From: a virus
DNA: 64,000 nt
Virus record (IMG/VR): IMGVR_UViG_3300036860_000057
Location: 14,574 to 78,573 of that record
Direction: 5' to 3' (one strand)
Shown here in pieces: positions 17,556 to 27,189 of this stretch. The position numbers were made by a program, and so were the translations under genes. Each line of letters starts with the position of its first letter. The stretch's first letter is position 1. The notes below the pieces were generated by a model. That model saw only the letters and a list, made by a program, of their open reading frames with translations. It made no database searches and was not told the origin of the DNA.

Positions 17556-17607
17556 CTGATTAGCTCTATGTTGTGTGTGTGTTTGCTTAATCTCGAACTA
17601 TGACAAC

Positions 17608-17636
17608 ATCATAATCTATAATTATAAACTTGTCAA
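17608..17636 (-). promoter_or_regulatory. sigma70 promoter driving the leftward array
   Basis: TTGACA-N17-TATGAT. Confidence 0.7.
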
Positions 17637-17851
17637 GTATTTGATCCTTAAAGAATTCAGATTGGTAATTTGAGTACAATAATAGGGTTTGACTTATGGT
17701 TAGAGTTGTTACCATAAGTTAGGATGATAACGTTATGTTGTTATTTATTTTAATGAGAGCATGAGTGTGCGCCTGCGTGCGTGTGCGTGTGTAATGGTAT
17801 ATTGCATCGACACACACGAGAACTCATACTTTCAACATTTTAATTATTCAC

Positions 17852-17880
17852 TTGCATGAACTAATATATTGATATATACT
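17852..17880 (+). promoter_or_regulatory. Divergent rightward promoter
   Basis: TTGCAT-N17-TATACT. Confidence 0.5.
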
Positions 17881-17898
17881 AGAGAATAGAGAGAAGTA

Positions 17899-18108
17899 AT
17901 GCCCTATATATTAAATGGAACCAAATGTTATTCATCGAAAGAAGCAGCAGAGAAAGCAGATGTATCACTCTCCTATATAGCTCGTATAGCTAAGAAACAT
18001 CAGATTGATGCTATCTTATTTAGAGGTGTATATTTCTTTCCAGTAAAGTCTTTTGTTGAATGGCAGGCTAGAAGAAAGAAACCAGGAAGGCCAAGGAAAA
18101 TAAAATGA
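17899..18108 (+). CDS. Excisionase-like HTH DNA-binding protein with AT-hook
   Basis: YSSKEAAEKADVSLSYIARI HTH; C-terminal KPGRPRK. Confidence 0.7.
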   Translation: MPYILNGTKCYSSKEAAEKADVSLSYIARIAKKHQIDAILFRGVYFFPVKSFVEWQARRKKPGRPRKIK

Positions 18109-18443
18109 ATGTATTTGTGATTTTATATGGTGTTGTTGGTATAGTAATTATAGTTATAGGGGAGATTATTATACTAAGGAAGTCCATGAGTGATTCTGAA
18201 TTTGATTGGCCTAAGCAAATGTTCTTACCTTTGCTCGTTGCACTAAGCTGGCCTATTCTAACTATTCCAGTATTTAATTTCTTGCTTGAGTTCTTAGAAG
18301 ACACAAACATCCGAGTTGCTATCAGAGAATATCTAAATTCCAGAAAGCCCGATACTGCGTATGAAGTGTTGAAAGGAATAGAATTGGATAATGAATTAAC
18401 GAATGAGTATGCTGAGAAGAAGAATTGGAGCTATAGAAAATGA
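18105..18443 (+). CDS. Membrane protein
   Basis: Two hydrophobic segments; ATGA overlap. Confidence 0.6.
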   Translation: MNVFVILYGVVGIVIIVIGEIIILRKSMSDSEFDWPKQMFLPLLVALSWPILTIPVFNFLLEFLEDTNIRVAIREYLNSRKPDTAYEVLKGIELDNELTNEYAEKKNWSYRK

Positions 18444-18844
18444 CCAAAGTATATGTAGTAACACAAGGTAGTTATTCAGACTATAGAATTACAGCGCTAT
18501 TCTCTACTCGTGAATTGGCAGAGATGTTTATCTCAACCTTCTCTAAGCCTTATTCTGATTTTAATGATGTAGTGGGATATGACTTGGATCAATTTGAGGA
18601 ACAGATTCGAGAAGGGCTTCAGCAGATATTTGTCATAATGAATGAGGATGGCACAACTACTCATACTTATGGGATGATTCCATCACAAGAAGATATAGTA
18701 TGTGAAATTAAAAGAAGTGGTGATGGTACACTATATCTGCACATTGTAACTTGGGCTAGAGACGAACAACATGCCATTAAGATTGCAAATGAGAGGCGCT
18801 CAGCCTTGATAGCGTCCAACCAATTTAAGGAAGGAAGGCTATGA
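18440..18844 (+). CDS. Phage hypothetical protein
   Basis: VYVVTQGSYSDY motif; ATGA overlap. Confidence 0.65.
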   Translation: MTKVYVVTQGSYSDYRITALFSTRELAEMFISTFSKPYSDFNDVVGYDLDQFEEQIREGLQQIFVIMNEDGTTTHTYGMIPSQEDIVCEIKRSGDGTLYLHIVTWARDEQHAIKIANERRSALIASNQFKEGRL

Positions 18845-18930
18845 GTAAAGAAGACTGAAGAGACGTTAAAAGATCGACCTGATCTAAAAGAAAAACTAAA
18901 AAGTTTCAGAAAGATATTGGAGGATAAATA

Positions 18931-19260
18931 ATGAGCGGGGAGTTTGGTAGTTATCTAAATGGATATTTCTGGTATCAGATGAAAGTTGGAGCATTGGATT
19001 GTCTTGACGGCGATAAAGAGATTACTAAACTCTGGGGAGAGTTCTTGAATGATTTTTCAGAGATAGCCCATGCTATTGCGTGGTGTGAAGCAGGTGATTC
19101 AGGTGTAGACTATCCTATCCGTGCTACAATGGCCGCACTTCCCAGACTCAAGATAAGACTGGCTGATATTGAAAAGTACCTGGAGCCATTTCAGAAAGTA
19201 GCAGAAGAAGCTGTGAAATTGGAATTGGAGAAAAAAGAAAAGGAAAGAGATAATTCTTGA
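18931..19260 (+). CDS. Hypothetical protein
   Basis: GGAGG RBS. Confidence 0.6.
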   Translation: MSGEFGSYLNGYFWYQMKVGALDCLDGDKEITKLWGEFLNDFSEIAHAIAWCEAGDSGVDYPIRATMAALPRLKIRLADIEKYLEPFQKVAEEAVKLELEKKEKERDNS

Positions 19261-19305
19261 CGAGATTGGTTTTTGATCTTATACTATAGATAAGGAGAAT
19301 GGACA

Positions 19306-19521
19306 GTGTTTGCTGACTTTGTGTTGGTACTAAAAGAACTTGTAGAACTTGATCCTGATATGTTGATTTTCATGGATGGTGATGAAGTCAATATCTATTC
19401 AAAACATCATGGGTTAGTTGATCCTAGTAAACTATCCAAAGAAGCCTTACTAGCAATGGTGAGTCATGGTTGGCGATTTGCTAAGGATGATGAAGACTCA
19501 AATTATTATTTCGAACTATGA
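19306..19521 (+). CDS. Hypothetical protein
   Basis: Follows a TTGACG-N17-TATACT promoter and AAGGAG. Confidence 0.55.
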   Translation: MFADFVLVLKELVELDPDMLIFMDGDEVNIYSKHHGLVDPSKLSKEALLAMVSHGWRFAKDDEDSNYYFEL

Positions 19522-19718
19522 CCATCACTTTCCTTTCCATGCTATTCTTTATGGGGCTTGCGTTATATGCTTATGACCAAGCCTTCTTCTATTTATCAGA
19601 ACATCTTCACTGGAAGGATAATGAGAAGCTGGCGGAGTCCATCATATTTTTATTTGGTGGGATCGCTGCCACTGTTTTTGCACTCTACTGCTTAGGAGAG
19701 TTACTAATTCATGTTTAA
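19518..19718 (+). CDS. Small membrane protein
   Basis: Two hydrophobic segments; ATGA overlap. Confidence 0.55.
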   Translation: MTITFLSMLFFMGLALYAYDQAFFYLSEHLHWKDNEKLAESIIFLFGGIAATVFALYCLGELLIHV

Positions 19719-19965
19719 CTATCGTACCAATAAAATACTCCTGCTCATTGCTCGTGTTCTGTGGATTATGGCAGCAACTAACATCAAGGCTGGTAGCAAG
19801 CTAGAATCCAGACTCAGGGAGATTGGTGCTGAGATAGCACTGTTGCAAAAGGAGATGAAGTGAAGCGTCATCTCCAAGTGCTTAACCAGATCATTGTTAT
19901 CTTAGGTCGTATTGCAGGACAACTAATGAAAATGGCAATCAAAATGGTAAGGAGAGATTATAGAG

Positions 19966-20304
19966 ATGTTTGACTTAAGTAGACTGTTTGACAAGATTCG
20001 TGAACAGAACATGGTGAAGTCTTTGCCAAAGCCAAAGACTCGTCCTGAGACAGATGAAGAGTTTCAACGTCGAGCTTTTCATACTCCTATTTATTGTAAG
20101 GAGTGTGGGTCTGTTATATATCCTGAATGGATACCTACTACATTTAGCCAAAGGACAGGAAAGCCTGAATATTGGGAAAATGTCCAGAAATGTCTAAAGT
20201 GTAATAAACTGACTATTGACTACAAGGTGTATTTATGGCAGGGAGAATATTCCTTTGGAGCACATTTCTCTATTTGTCGCGAGAGTGTAATTATTGATGA
20301 ATGA
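19966..20304 (+). CDS. Zn-ribbon hypothetical protein
   Basis: CKEC...CLKC. Confidence 0.55.
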   Translation: MFDLSRLFDKIREQNMVKSLPKPKTRPETDEEFQRRAFHTPIYCKECGSVIYPEWIPTTFSQRTGKPEYWENVQKCLKCNKLTIDYKVYLWQGEYSFGAHFSICRESVIIDE

Positions 20305-20420
20305 GAAAGCAACCACAGTTATCTGCCAGTGCGGATGCAGTGAGTCTTTTAGGTGTGTCTACAAAACTCGTAGGCCTAAGTATAAAGATGATTTTCACCG
20401 CTATGGCGGTTATATGAAGA

Positions 20421-20768
20421 ATGGGAGGAAATATGGCAGGGTTGACGAGCGCTGATGTCCAACCATTCGTAGATTACCTCCAGCGTGAGCAGGACACTTG
20501 GTTTATCTGCAAGTATATTCCTACTACATATAACACAGCTAGAGGATTGCTGGGGCAGATGCATGAAGAAGTCCACAGTTGGGCTGATCTGTCTTCTACA
20601 CCTTACCAGTATTTCTGGGAACCTGCTTGGGAACGATCTAAGACATTAATGACTATGAAAGATTGGAGTTATATTAGATGGACAGAGCGAGTGAAGGAAA
20701 TAGCAATTTACAAGAAGGAATGGAATTGGGAACTGAACTGGGAGATACTTCCAGAGATTCCATTTTAG
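20421..20768 (+). CDS. Trp-rich hypothetical protein
   Basis: ORF; GGAGG RBS precedes the internal MAGL start. Confidence 0.55.
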   Translation: MGGNMAGLTSADVQPFVDYLQREQDTWFICKYIPTTYNTARGLLGQMHEEVHSWADLSSTPYQYFWEPAWERSKTLMTMKDWSYIRWTERVKEIAIYKKEWNWELNWEILPEIPF

Positions 20769-21019
20769 ACTTACGATATACAATCATCTGCTACAATGAA
20801 GGGAAGATTATCTTCAAGCGCAACACACGTAAGAGAGGTTCAGTACAGTATCACGCTAAAGACAAGGATTGGGATTCTGTTTACCTGAAAGTCAGGTATC
20901 TGCGTGATAATGATGATGTATATAATGAAGGAAAGTATCAATATTTCGCTGAATTTGAGAAGGCATTTCAAGCCTTCACTGAGCCTGAACTAATAGACTA
21001 TCTTTTAGAGGCGAGTTGA
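20678..21019 (+). CDS. Hypothetical protein
   Basis: ORF; start uncertain. Confidence 0.5.
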   Translation: MDRASEGNSNLQEGMELGTELGDTSRDSILDLRYTIICYNEGKIIFKRNTRKRGSVQYHAKDKDWDSVYLKVRYLRDNDDVYNEGKYQYFAEFEKAFQAFTEPELIDYLLEAS

Positions 21020-21219
21020 TGGAGAAGATCATCGATCTAGTAAATGGTGGAGCCTATACTGTAGTTAAGCAGACAGATAAGAGAATTTATTACACTAGAA
21101 ACGGGAAGTCTAAGTATTTTAGTAAGGTTGACGAAGGAAAGAAGTTTCAATTTATGATCAAGAATGTTTATGTGTTTTCTTCACTGGGCAATGACTGGAA
21201 TAAGTTCGGGATGTTCTAA
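21016..21219 (+). CDS. Hypothetical protein
   Basis: Overlapping start/stop. Confidence 0.5.
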   Translation: MMEKIIDLVNGGAYTVVKQTDKRIYYTRNGKSKYFSKVDEGKKFQFMIKNVYVFSSLGNDWNKFGMF

Positions 21220-21755
21220 TGAAAAAATTTAAGATTCTTTCAAAATTAAGAAGATTTATTGTCAATTTTCTGGAAATGATAAACGATCTTTATGATTTTC
21301 CAGATAAAGAAAATTCCAATGATTGGGGATTCTAAAGTATAATATGTATCATCTCAGCAGAATTCAAAACGGTTTTATTAGAGCACTAGGTAGTGCAGCC
21401 AACGAAGAGTCGGCAAAAAATTTGCTATCTCACTATGAGCCTGCACACCCTGAATGGATTCAGCAGGACGACGGAACTTGGCTATCCAAGATTTCTGACT
21501 ATTACTTCTATACTATTGAAGAGGATGGAAAATTCGGTGGTCATTATACTAGCAGAGGAAAGGGATCATAGATACTCAATTATTCAGGAGAAAGATGGCA
21601 ATCAGAAAAAGGTAGATATTTGTGATCTAGTCACAGCAGAATCCCTAGCACTGGAAGCAGAAGAGCTAGGGATTGATGTTCAATGGAAATATTTGGAAGA
21701 CGTTTTAGCACAAGTCATCAGAGATGTATAATAGTGATGTGGAGGTAAATAACAT

Positions 21756-22205
21756 ATGCCCGATTTAGTGAATGACCCAGCATATCAAGCTGCTACGAAA
21801 GAGCCTGAGCCTACTGCTCTTGAAGTGATTATTGCGACTGTGAAGAAATGGGCAGCAGTGCTGTCTGATCCTCGTACAGTGGCAAGTGTGATTACAGTTT
21901 ATGGTACTTTTAAGATGATTGCACTTGCACTAGGCTATGCAGACTCTAAACTCTCTGATAAGGACATCACCGATCTTCTTCAGAGTTCTGCTGCACTTCT
22001 AGTTGCATTTGCAACATTTCTGACTGTGGTAGGTTCGATTGTAACAATTGTAGTCGTGTGGATTCGCAGTTGGACAGAGCGACCATCACGCGGTCTGTCT
22101 CCTTGGCTGAAGAAAGTTTTTCCTGTTGATGAGCCTAAGACAATTGTATCCACAGCCACCATTAGTACAACAACTGTCCCCCCAGATGATGGTGCTGTAG
22201 GCTAA
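21756..22205 (+). CDS. Holin-like membrane protein
   Basis: Two to three TM segments, GGAGG RBS, followed by a hairpin. Confidence 0.5.
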   Translation: MPDLVNDPAYQAATKEPEPTALEVIIATVKKWAAVLSDPRTVASVITVYGTFKMIALALGYADSKLSDKDITDLLQSSAALLVAFATFLTVVGSIVTIVVVWIRSWTERPSRGLSPWLKKVFPVDEPKTIVSTATISTTTVPPDDGAVG

Positions 22206-22235
22206 CCTCTATATTCCCTCTCTTGTGTGTGTGTA

Positions 22236-22271
22236 AGAGGTCCCTGTTGCATCTCCGTAACAGGGACCTCT
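22236..22271 (+). terminator. Stem-loop, probable terminator
   Basis: AGAGGTCCCTGTT...AACAGGGACCTCT. Confidence 0.55.
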
Positions 22272-22343
22272 GCTTGCTTGACAAGAATATAGAATAGGGT
22301 GTATGATCATATATAGGTATCATATTCAAATGGAGAATTCACA

Positions 22344-23669
22344 TTGTTAGTTCCTAAGAAAGCTATCGAAATATTTTCTGATGGTGGAACAGTAGCAGAC
22401 GTAATTCGAGCAAATGTTTTGACAAAACATGGAACACCAGTATCAATTCGTAGATGTCAAGAATGGAAACAGGCATACAGAAATGGGGAAGCAGAGCCTT
22501 ATGAAGAATCAGATGAGATAGTTCTTAAGACAACTATTGTTGAATCTGGGGATAAAGCTACAGTACAGTTTACAACAGATCGTATTACTACACTTGATCA
22601 ACTTCTCAAAGCCTGTGAAGTTGATTTAGATACATGGGAAGTTGAAAAGTGTGAAATCAATAAATATGAGATGGGTAGAAAGCATACTCTGAAGAGTTTA
22701 GAATTTAATGAAGGAAAGATTTCGGGGTATCTTGAAGATAGTGGAACATTAAGTATTCAGCCTATGGTGTCTGTGAAAGTTTGGTTGAAGCGTAGACCAG
22801 AAAAGATATTTGAAGAAGTAATTGAACAGGCTATTGAAAGACTTAAAAACTATTCACCTGTTTATACATCTAGTTATGTGCCACAAACTAAACGTGGATT
22901 TTTGTTTTCTCCACAATTCTACGATCCACATTTTAACAATTTAAGTGTGGATGAATCTCATACAGTAGTTAAGGCTGCTGATGAATTTAAGCATACTGTT
23001 GATTTAATGGTTAGTAAGGCACAGACATTTGGAATGAATATAGATCGCGTGCTACTCCCTATTGGACATGATGCTTTACATTCAGATAATTTACAAGGAA
23101 CAACAACAAAAGGAACCCAACAAGAATTAGCAGGAAATCAACGAACAGCAGTAGATTATATGTGCCAAGCCTATGTACATTTAATTGAGAGGTTTGCTGA
23201 GATTGCACCAGTTGATGTAGAAATAGTACCAGGAAATCATGATCGATTTGTTACTTATTTTCTAGGGAAATACCTGGAGGTATGGTTTAGACAACATTCA
23301 GATGTTTCAGTAGATTCTTCGCAAGGATCAAGAAAATATTATCGTTATGGCAAGACTATGATTTGTATGGAACATGGAGATAGGATTTCACCTAGAGATA
23401 TGATTGGTGTAATGGCAACTGAATCACCAGAGTATTTCTCATCAACAACATGGCGAGAAGTCTGGAGGGGACATTTACACACAGACAAGACTTTATTTAG
23501 CCCAATTACAGAGCAATATGGTGTTACTGTGAGATATATGCCAGCACTCGCAAAAACAAATGAATGGCATTCACTTATGGGCTATGTAGGTAATCATCGT
23601 GCAGCAGAAGGTATGTTTTATCATATATCAGAAGGACCAGCAGGTATTTTTCCTATATTCTTAGATTAA
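22344..23669 (+). CDS. Calcineurin-like metallophosphoesterase
   Basis: DPH, GHD, GNHD, HGD, GHLH motifs. Confidence 0.85.
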   Translation: MLVPKKAIEIFSDGGTVADVIRANVLTKHGTPVSIRRCQEWKQAYRNGEAEPYEESDEIVLKTTIVESGDKATVQFTTDRITTLDQLLKACEVDLDTWEVEKCEINKYEMGRKHTLKSLEFNEGKISGYLEDSGTLSIQPMVSVKVWLKRRPEKIFEEVIEQAIERLKNYSPVYTSSYVPQTKRGFLFSPQFYDPHFNNLSVDESHTVVKAADEFKHTVDLMVSKAQTFGMNIDRVLLPIGHDALHSDNLQGTTTKGTQQELAGNQRTAVDYMCQAYVHLIERFAEIAPVDVEIVPGNHDRFVTYFLGKYLEVWFRQHSDVSVDSSQGSRKYYRYGKTMICMEHGDRISPRDMIGVMATESPEYFSSTTWREVWRGHLHTDKTLFSPITEQYGVTVRYMPALAKTNEWHSLMGYVGNHRAAEGMFYHISEGPAGIFPIFLD

Positions 23670-23684
23670 ATAAAAGGAGATTAT

Positions 23685-23951
23685 ATGAACATCGAACCAC
23701 AAGCACAGAATTGGGAGAGAGATTCTCGAAAAGTTGATCCCAGAGTAGACATCCCTATGGATAACTATGCTACTGTAGCTGAAGATAATCACTACTATGA
23801 TATAGTTTGGCTCTGTAGAGTAGATGCAGAGAAATATCTTACAGATGAAGTCTATCACAACAAGAGGGCAGCAGATGTAACAGTGCAGACGAAGGAAGGT
23901 GTTGTTACAAGACGTGCTGCTATCGATCAGTGCATAATTGGAAAGAACTAA
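23685..23951 (+). CDS. Hypothetical protein
   Basis: AAGGAG RBS. Confidence 0.6.
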   Translation: MNIEPQAQNWERDSRKVDPRVDIPMDNYATVAEDNHYYDIVWLCRVDAEKYLTDEVYHNKRAADVTVQTKEGVVTRRAAIDQCIIGKN

Positions 23952-23954
23952 CTT

Positions 23955-23978
23955 AAAGGAGCCAACTGGCTCCTTTTT
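23955..23978 (+). terminator. Intrinsic terminator
   Basis: AAAGGAGCCA-ac-TGGCTCCTTTTT. Confidence 0.8.
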
Positions 23979-24040
23979 GATTCTTGATTTTAGTAAATTT
24001 TATTGTGGTATGATAATACACCTCATAGAGAGGTGTTTTT

Positions 24041-24808
24041 ATGACTTATGTATCTACATCTGAAAGACGTTTTATAGAGGGCAAAGGACAGAAGTATCTG
24101 AAAAATTCAGAAGTTCGTTGTCAGGCTGTCAGCAAAACCAAGTTGCGTCTAGCTCGTCTACAGCAAGGCAATCCTAGCCTTACTTCTGATGATGTATGGC
24201 CTGAAGCTCAGTGTACACATGCAGCAGAAGAAAACGCTTATTTATGTAAGTATCATGGAGGAAGAACCCCTTCTGTAAAGAGACGTGAAGTGTGGGAGTA
24301 CATGCCTCCAGAACTTCAAGAAAAGTATCTTTCTCTTCAAAATACTTCTGAGTTGATGAATCTCTCCAGAGAACTAAATGAACTAGACGCTAGAAAAGCT
24401 GAATTATATGAGTCTTTAGAGGAATTAGTATTGGGCCAGGAAGCATATGAAGTAGTATATGAGGCGAAGAAGGCTTTAGAAACTGGTAATGTAGTTAAAG
24501 CTGGTGCTTTATTACAAGTGATACTTATGAATCCTCGGTCAGAGGTTTCTGTGCATAATGAAATCAAGGAAGTTATTAAACTAAAGGACAAGGTGACTAG
24601 TACCTACTTTAGTATGTTGAAAGATATGAAGGAGATGGCAACCACTGATCAAGTTGCCTCGATGAAAGAAGAATTTTTTAACATTGTGAAAATTGCAATA
24701 GACAGAAATATTAAAGATGCTAACTTAGTATCTGCAATTTTCAATTCTATTTTTGAGTTGATGTCAAACAAGCACATTGATGTAAAAGCATTAAAAGATG
24801 TCGGATAG
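24041..24808 (+). CDS. Probable terminase small subunit
   Basis: CQA...CKYHGG motif; directly upstream of the large subunit. Confidence 0.6.
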   Translation: MTYVSTSERRFIEGKGQKYLKNSEVRCQAVSKTKLRLARLQQGNPSLTSDDVWPEAQCTHAAEENAYLCKYHGGRTPSVKRREVWEYMPPELQEKYLSLQNTSELMNLSRELNELDARKAELYESLEELVLGQEAYEVVYEAKKALETGNVVKAGALLQVILMNPRSEVSVHNEIKEVIKLKDKVTSTYFSMLKDMKEMATTDQVASMKEEFFNIVKIAIDRNIKDANLVSAIFNSIFELMSNKHIDVKALKDVG

Positions 24809-26561
24809 TAACCTTTCATTAATAGATTCTGGTTGGCAGGAACTTGCTGAAAAGTTCAAGCAGACTTCAGATGAGATAGTTGAACTTCCTACAGACTGGA
24901 TGGAGAAGTATTTTATTATCCCAGAGCCTAGGGAACCTCTAACAGGCGAGATTCTTCCTATTGGTCCAATTCAGTTTGTTGATCACCAGAAGAGAATACT
25001 TAATGAGGCTCTGTCTAAGAAGCCAAGTGGAAAGTTCAAATATGCAAATGTGATTTACTCTGCTCCAAAAAAATCTGGGAAATCAACAACTGCAAGTGCT
25101 GTAGGACTATATCTAGCAGCTAAGACTCCTTATGCTAGGATTTATGCTATAGCAAATGATGAGAAGCAATCTGATGCTAGGCTATTTCTTCCTATTTCTA
25201 TCTGTCTACAAGAGCATAAAACTAAGAAGTTGAAGTTTAAGGATGCCAGAATTATTGAATCACAGGGAAAAGCCATATTATCTAATAATTCAATCATTGA
25301 AGCTATTCCTGTAGATTCTAAGGGCGAGGCTGGTTCGGAGCCAACTGCTGTTATCTTCTCAGAATTATGGGCGTATGACATCCCTGCCAAAAGAAAACTT
25401 TTTACTGAAATGACCATTCCTCCTACTAAATGGGGGAGGTCTATCCGGTGGATTGAAACTTATGCAGGCTATAAAGGTGAATCTGACCTGCTGTGGGAAC
25501 TTTATCAAGAAGCAACAGTAAATGGTTATCCACATCCAGACTTCCTTGATTTAATAGGAAGAGATGGGGAGCCTGTGGTTTGGGTGAATGATGAAGCTAG
25601 TATGTTTTGCTATTGGGATACTGCTCATCGTATGCCTGATCAGATGGGGGAAGCAGGAGAGGCATACTATCGATCTGAAGCTAGGATGTTATCTGCCCTT
25701 GAGTTTGATCGCCTTCACTGGAATCAGTGGGTAGCTTCTGGAGGATCATTTATCCAACCTGAGTGGTGGGACGATTGTGCTGATCGTACTATTCCTAAAC
25801 TAGAACATGGCTCAAAAGTTCCAATGGTGTTGGGAGTGGATGCTGCTTTAAGTGGAGACTGTGCAGCAATTGTGGGAGTTACCAGACACCATCTTCATCC
25901 AGAGACAGATGTAGCTGTGAGATATTGTAAGATAATTAAGCCTTCTCCTGGCAAGCCCATTAATCTTGAAAAGGATATAGGACTAACTGTTAGAGAACTA
26001 AGAGAGCATTACAATATTATATGTGTGGCTTATGACAGTTATCAGATGGAGTCCATTGCACAACGCTACAGAAGAGGAGAGATTGCTGTATCTGCTGAAG
26101 AAGTAGAAGGCATGGACGAGGCTGAAAAGAAAGTCTATACAGATAAACATAGCAGGCTGGCTCAGGCTTGGTGGTATAAATTCTCCCAACATCAGCCTCG
26201 TGCTGTTGCTGATAAGATGTTATATGATATGATAGTGAACAAGCAGGTCCATTGGAATCCAGATGATATGGACTCTCAGATCGCTGAACGAGGATCAGAA
26301 GAAACTCTCACCAAGCATATTAAACATGCTGGTGCTAAAGAAGATGGCAAGTCAAGAAGAATTGAGAAGCTGTCTAATGACGCTAAGGTGGATGCTGCTG
26401 TAGCATTATCAATGGCACTCAATCGGTGTATGACACTGGTGATTGATAACAGAGAGTGGGTACTGAATGATTTGATCAGGGACTACCAGTTGGGTAAAAT
26501 ATCTCACGAAGATTTCAATAAAAGAGCCGAAATGATAGCGACAGCACAAAGAGTTAAATAG
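24798..26561 (+). CDS. terL: Terminase large subunit
   Basis: Walker A APKKSGKS, IFSELW Walker B-like, LGVDAA nuclease motif, YDSYQ, KVDAAVA. Confidence 0.92.
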   Translation: MSDSNLSLIDSGWQELAEKFKQTSDEIVELPTDWMEKYFIIPEPREPLTGEILPIGPIQFVDHQKRILNEALSKKPSGKFKYANVIYSAPKKSGKSTTASAVGLYLAAKTPYARIYAIANDEKQSDARLFLPISICLQEHKTKKLKFKDARIIESQGKAILSNNSIIEAIPVDSKGEAGSEPTAVIFSELWAYDIPAKRKLFTEMTIPPTKWGRSIRWIETYAGYKGESDLLWELYQEATVNGYPHPDFLDLIGRDGEPVVWVNDEASMFCYWDTAHRMPDQMGEAGEAYYRSEARMLSALEFDRLHWNQWVASGGSFIQPEWWDDCADRTIPKLEHGSKVPMVLGVDAALSGDCAAIVGVTRHHLHPETDVAVRYCKIIKPSPGKPINLEKDIGLTVRELREHYNIICVAYDSYQMESIAQRYRRGEIAVSAEEVEGMDEAEKKVYTDKHSRLAQAWWYKFSQHQPRAVADKMLYDMIVNKQVHWNPDDMDSQIAERGSEETLTKHIKHAGAKEDGKSRRIEKLSNDAKVDAAVALSMALNRCMTLVIDNREWVLNDLIRDYQLGKISHEDFNKRAEMIATAQRVK

Positions 26562-26562
26562 A

Positions 26563-27180
26563 ATGGATAAAGTATTTATTTACGGGCTAGTCGATCCTAG
26601 GACGAATCTGATCAGATATATTGGGTGGACGCCTAATGCTAAAATAAGATATGGAAAACACATAAATGAAAGCAAAAGAGAAACCAACCATAAGGCTAAT
26701 TGGATCAAACAACTCTTATCTCTCAATCTAAAACCAGCTTTAATCATTCTTGATGAAGTATCTGTTGAAGATTGGTCATTAGCTGAATCTGCTTGGATAC
26801 TCTATGGGCTGGAACAAGATTGGCCTTTGACTAATATGACACTGGGAGGGGAAGGAACACTAGGTTGTATTCCCTCTAGGGAAACTCGAAATAAGATGAG
26901 AGAATCTGGCAAAAAGAAGATATTTTCTGACGAACATAGGGAAAATATGAGAAGGGCAGGTTTGGGGAAAATACTTTCAAAAGAAGCCAGAAGAAAAGTT
27001 AGTGAAGCAATGAAGGGAGAAAATAATCATCAAGCCGCTCTTACTGAACAGTTAGTTATTGAAATAAGAGAACTTTATGACAGTGGCATGAAAGTGTGTG
27101 ATATTGCCAAGAAATATGAGAAATCTTATTATACAATCTATAATGTGGTTACAAGGCGCAATTGGAATCATATTTCTTAG
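26563..27180 (+). CDS. GIY-YIG homing endonuclease with NUMOD3-like repeats
   Basis: FIYGLVDPR..RYIG; SRETRNKM and SDEHRENM repeats. Confidence 0.85.
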   Translation: MDKVFIYGLVDPRTNLIRYIGWTPNAKIRYGKHINESKRETNHKANWIKQLLSLNLKPALIILDEVSVEDWSLAESAWILYGLEQDWPLTNMTLGGEGTLGCIPSRETRNKMRESGKKKIFSDEHRENMRRAGLGKILSKEARRKVSEAMKGENNHQAALTEQLVIEIRELYDSGMKVCDIAKKYEKSYYTIYNVVTRRNWNHIS

Positions 27181-27189
27181 AGGACAGAC

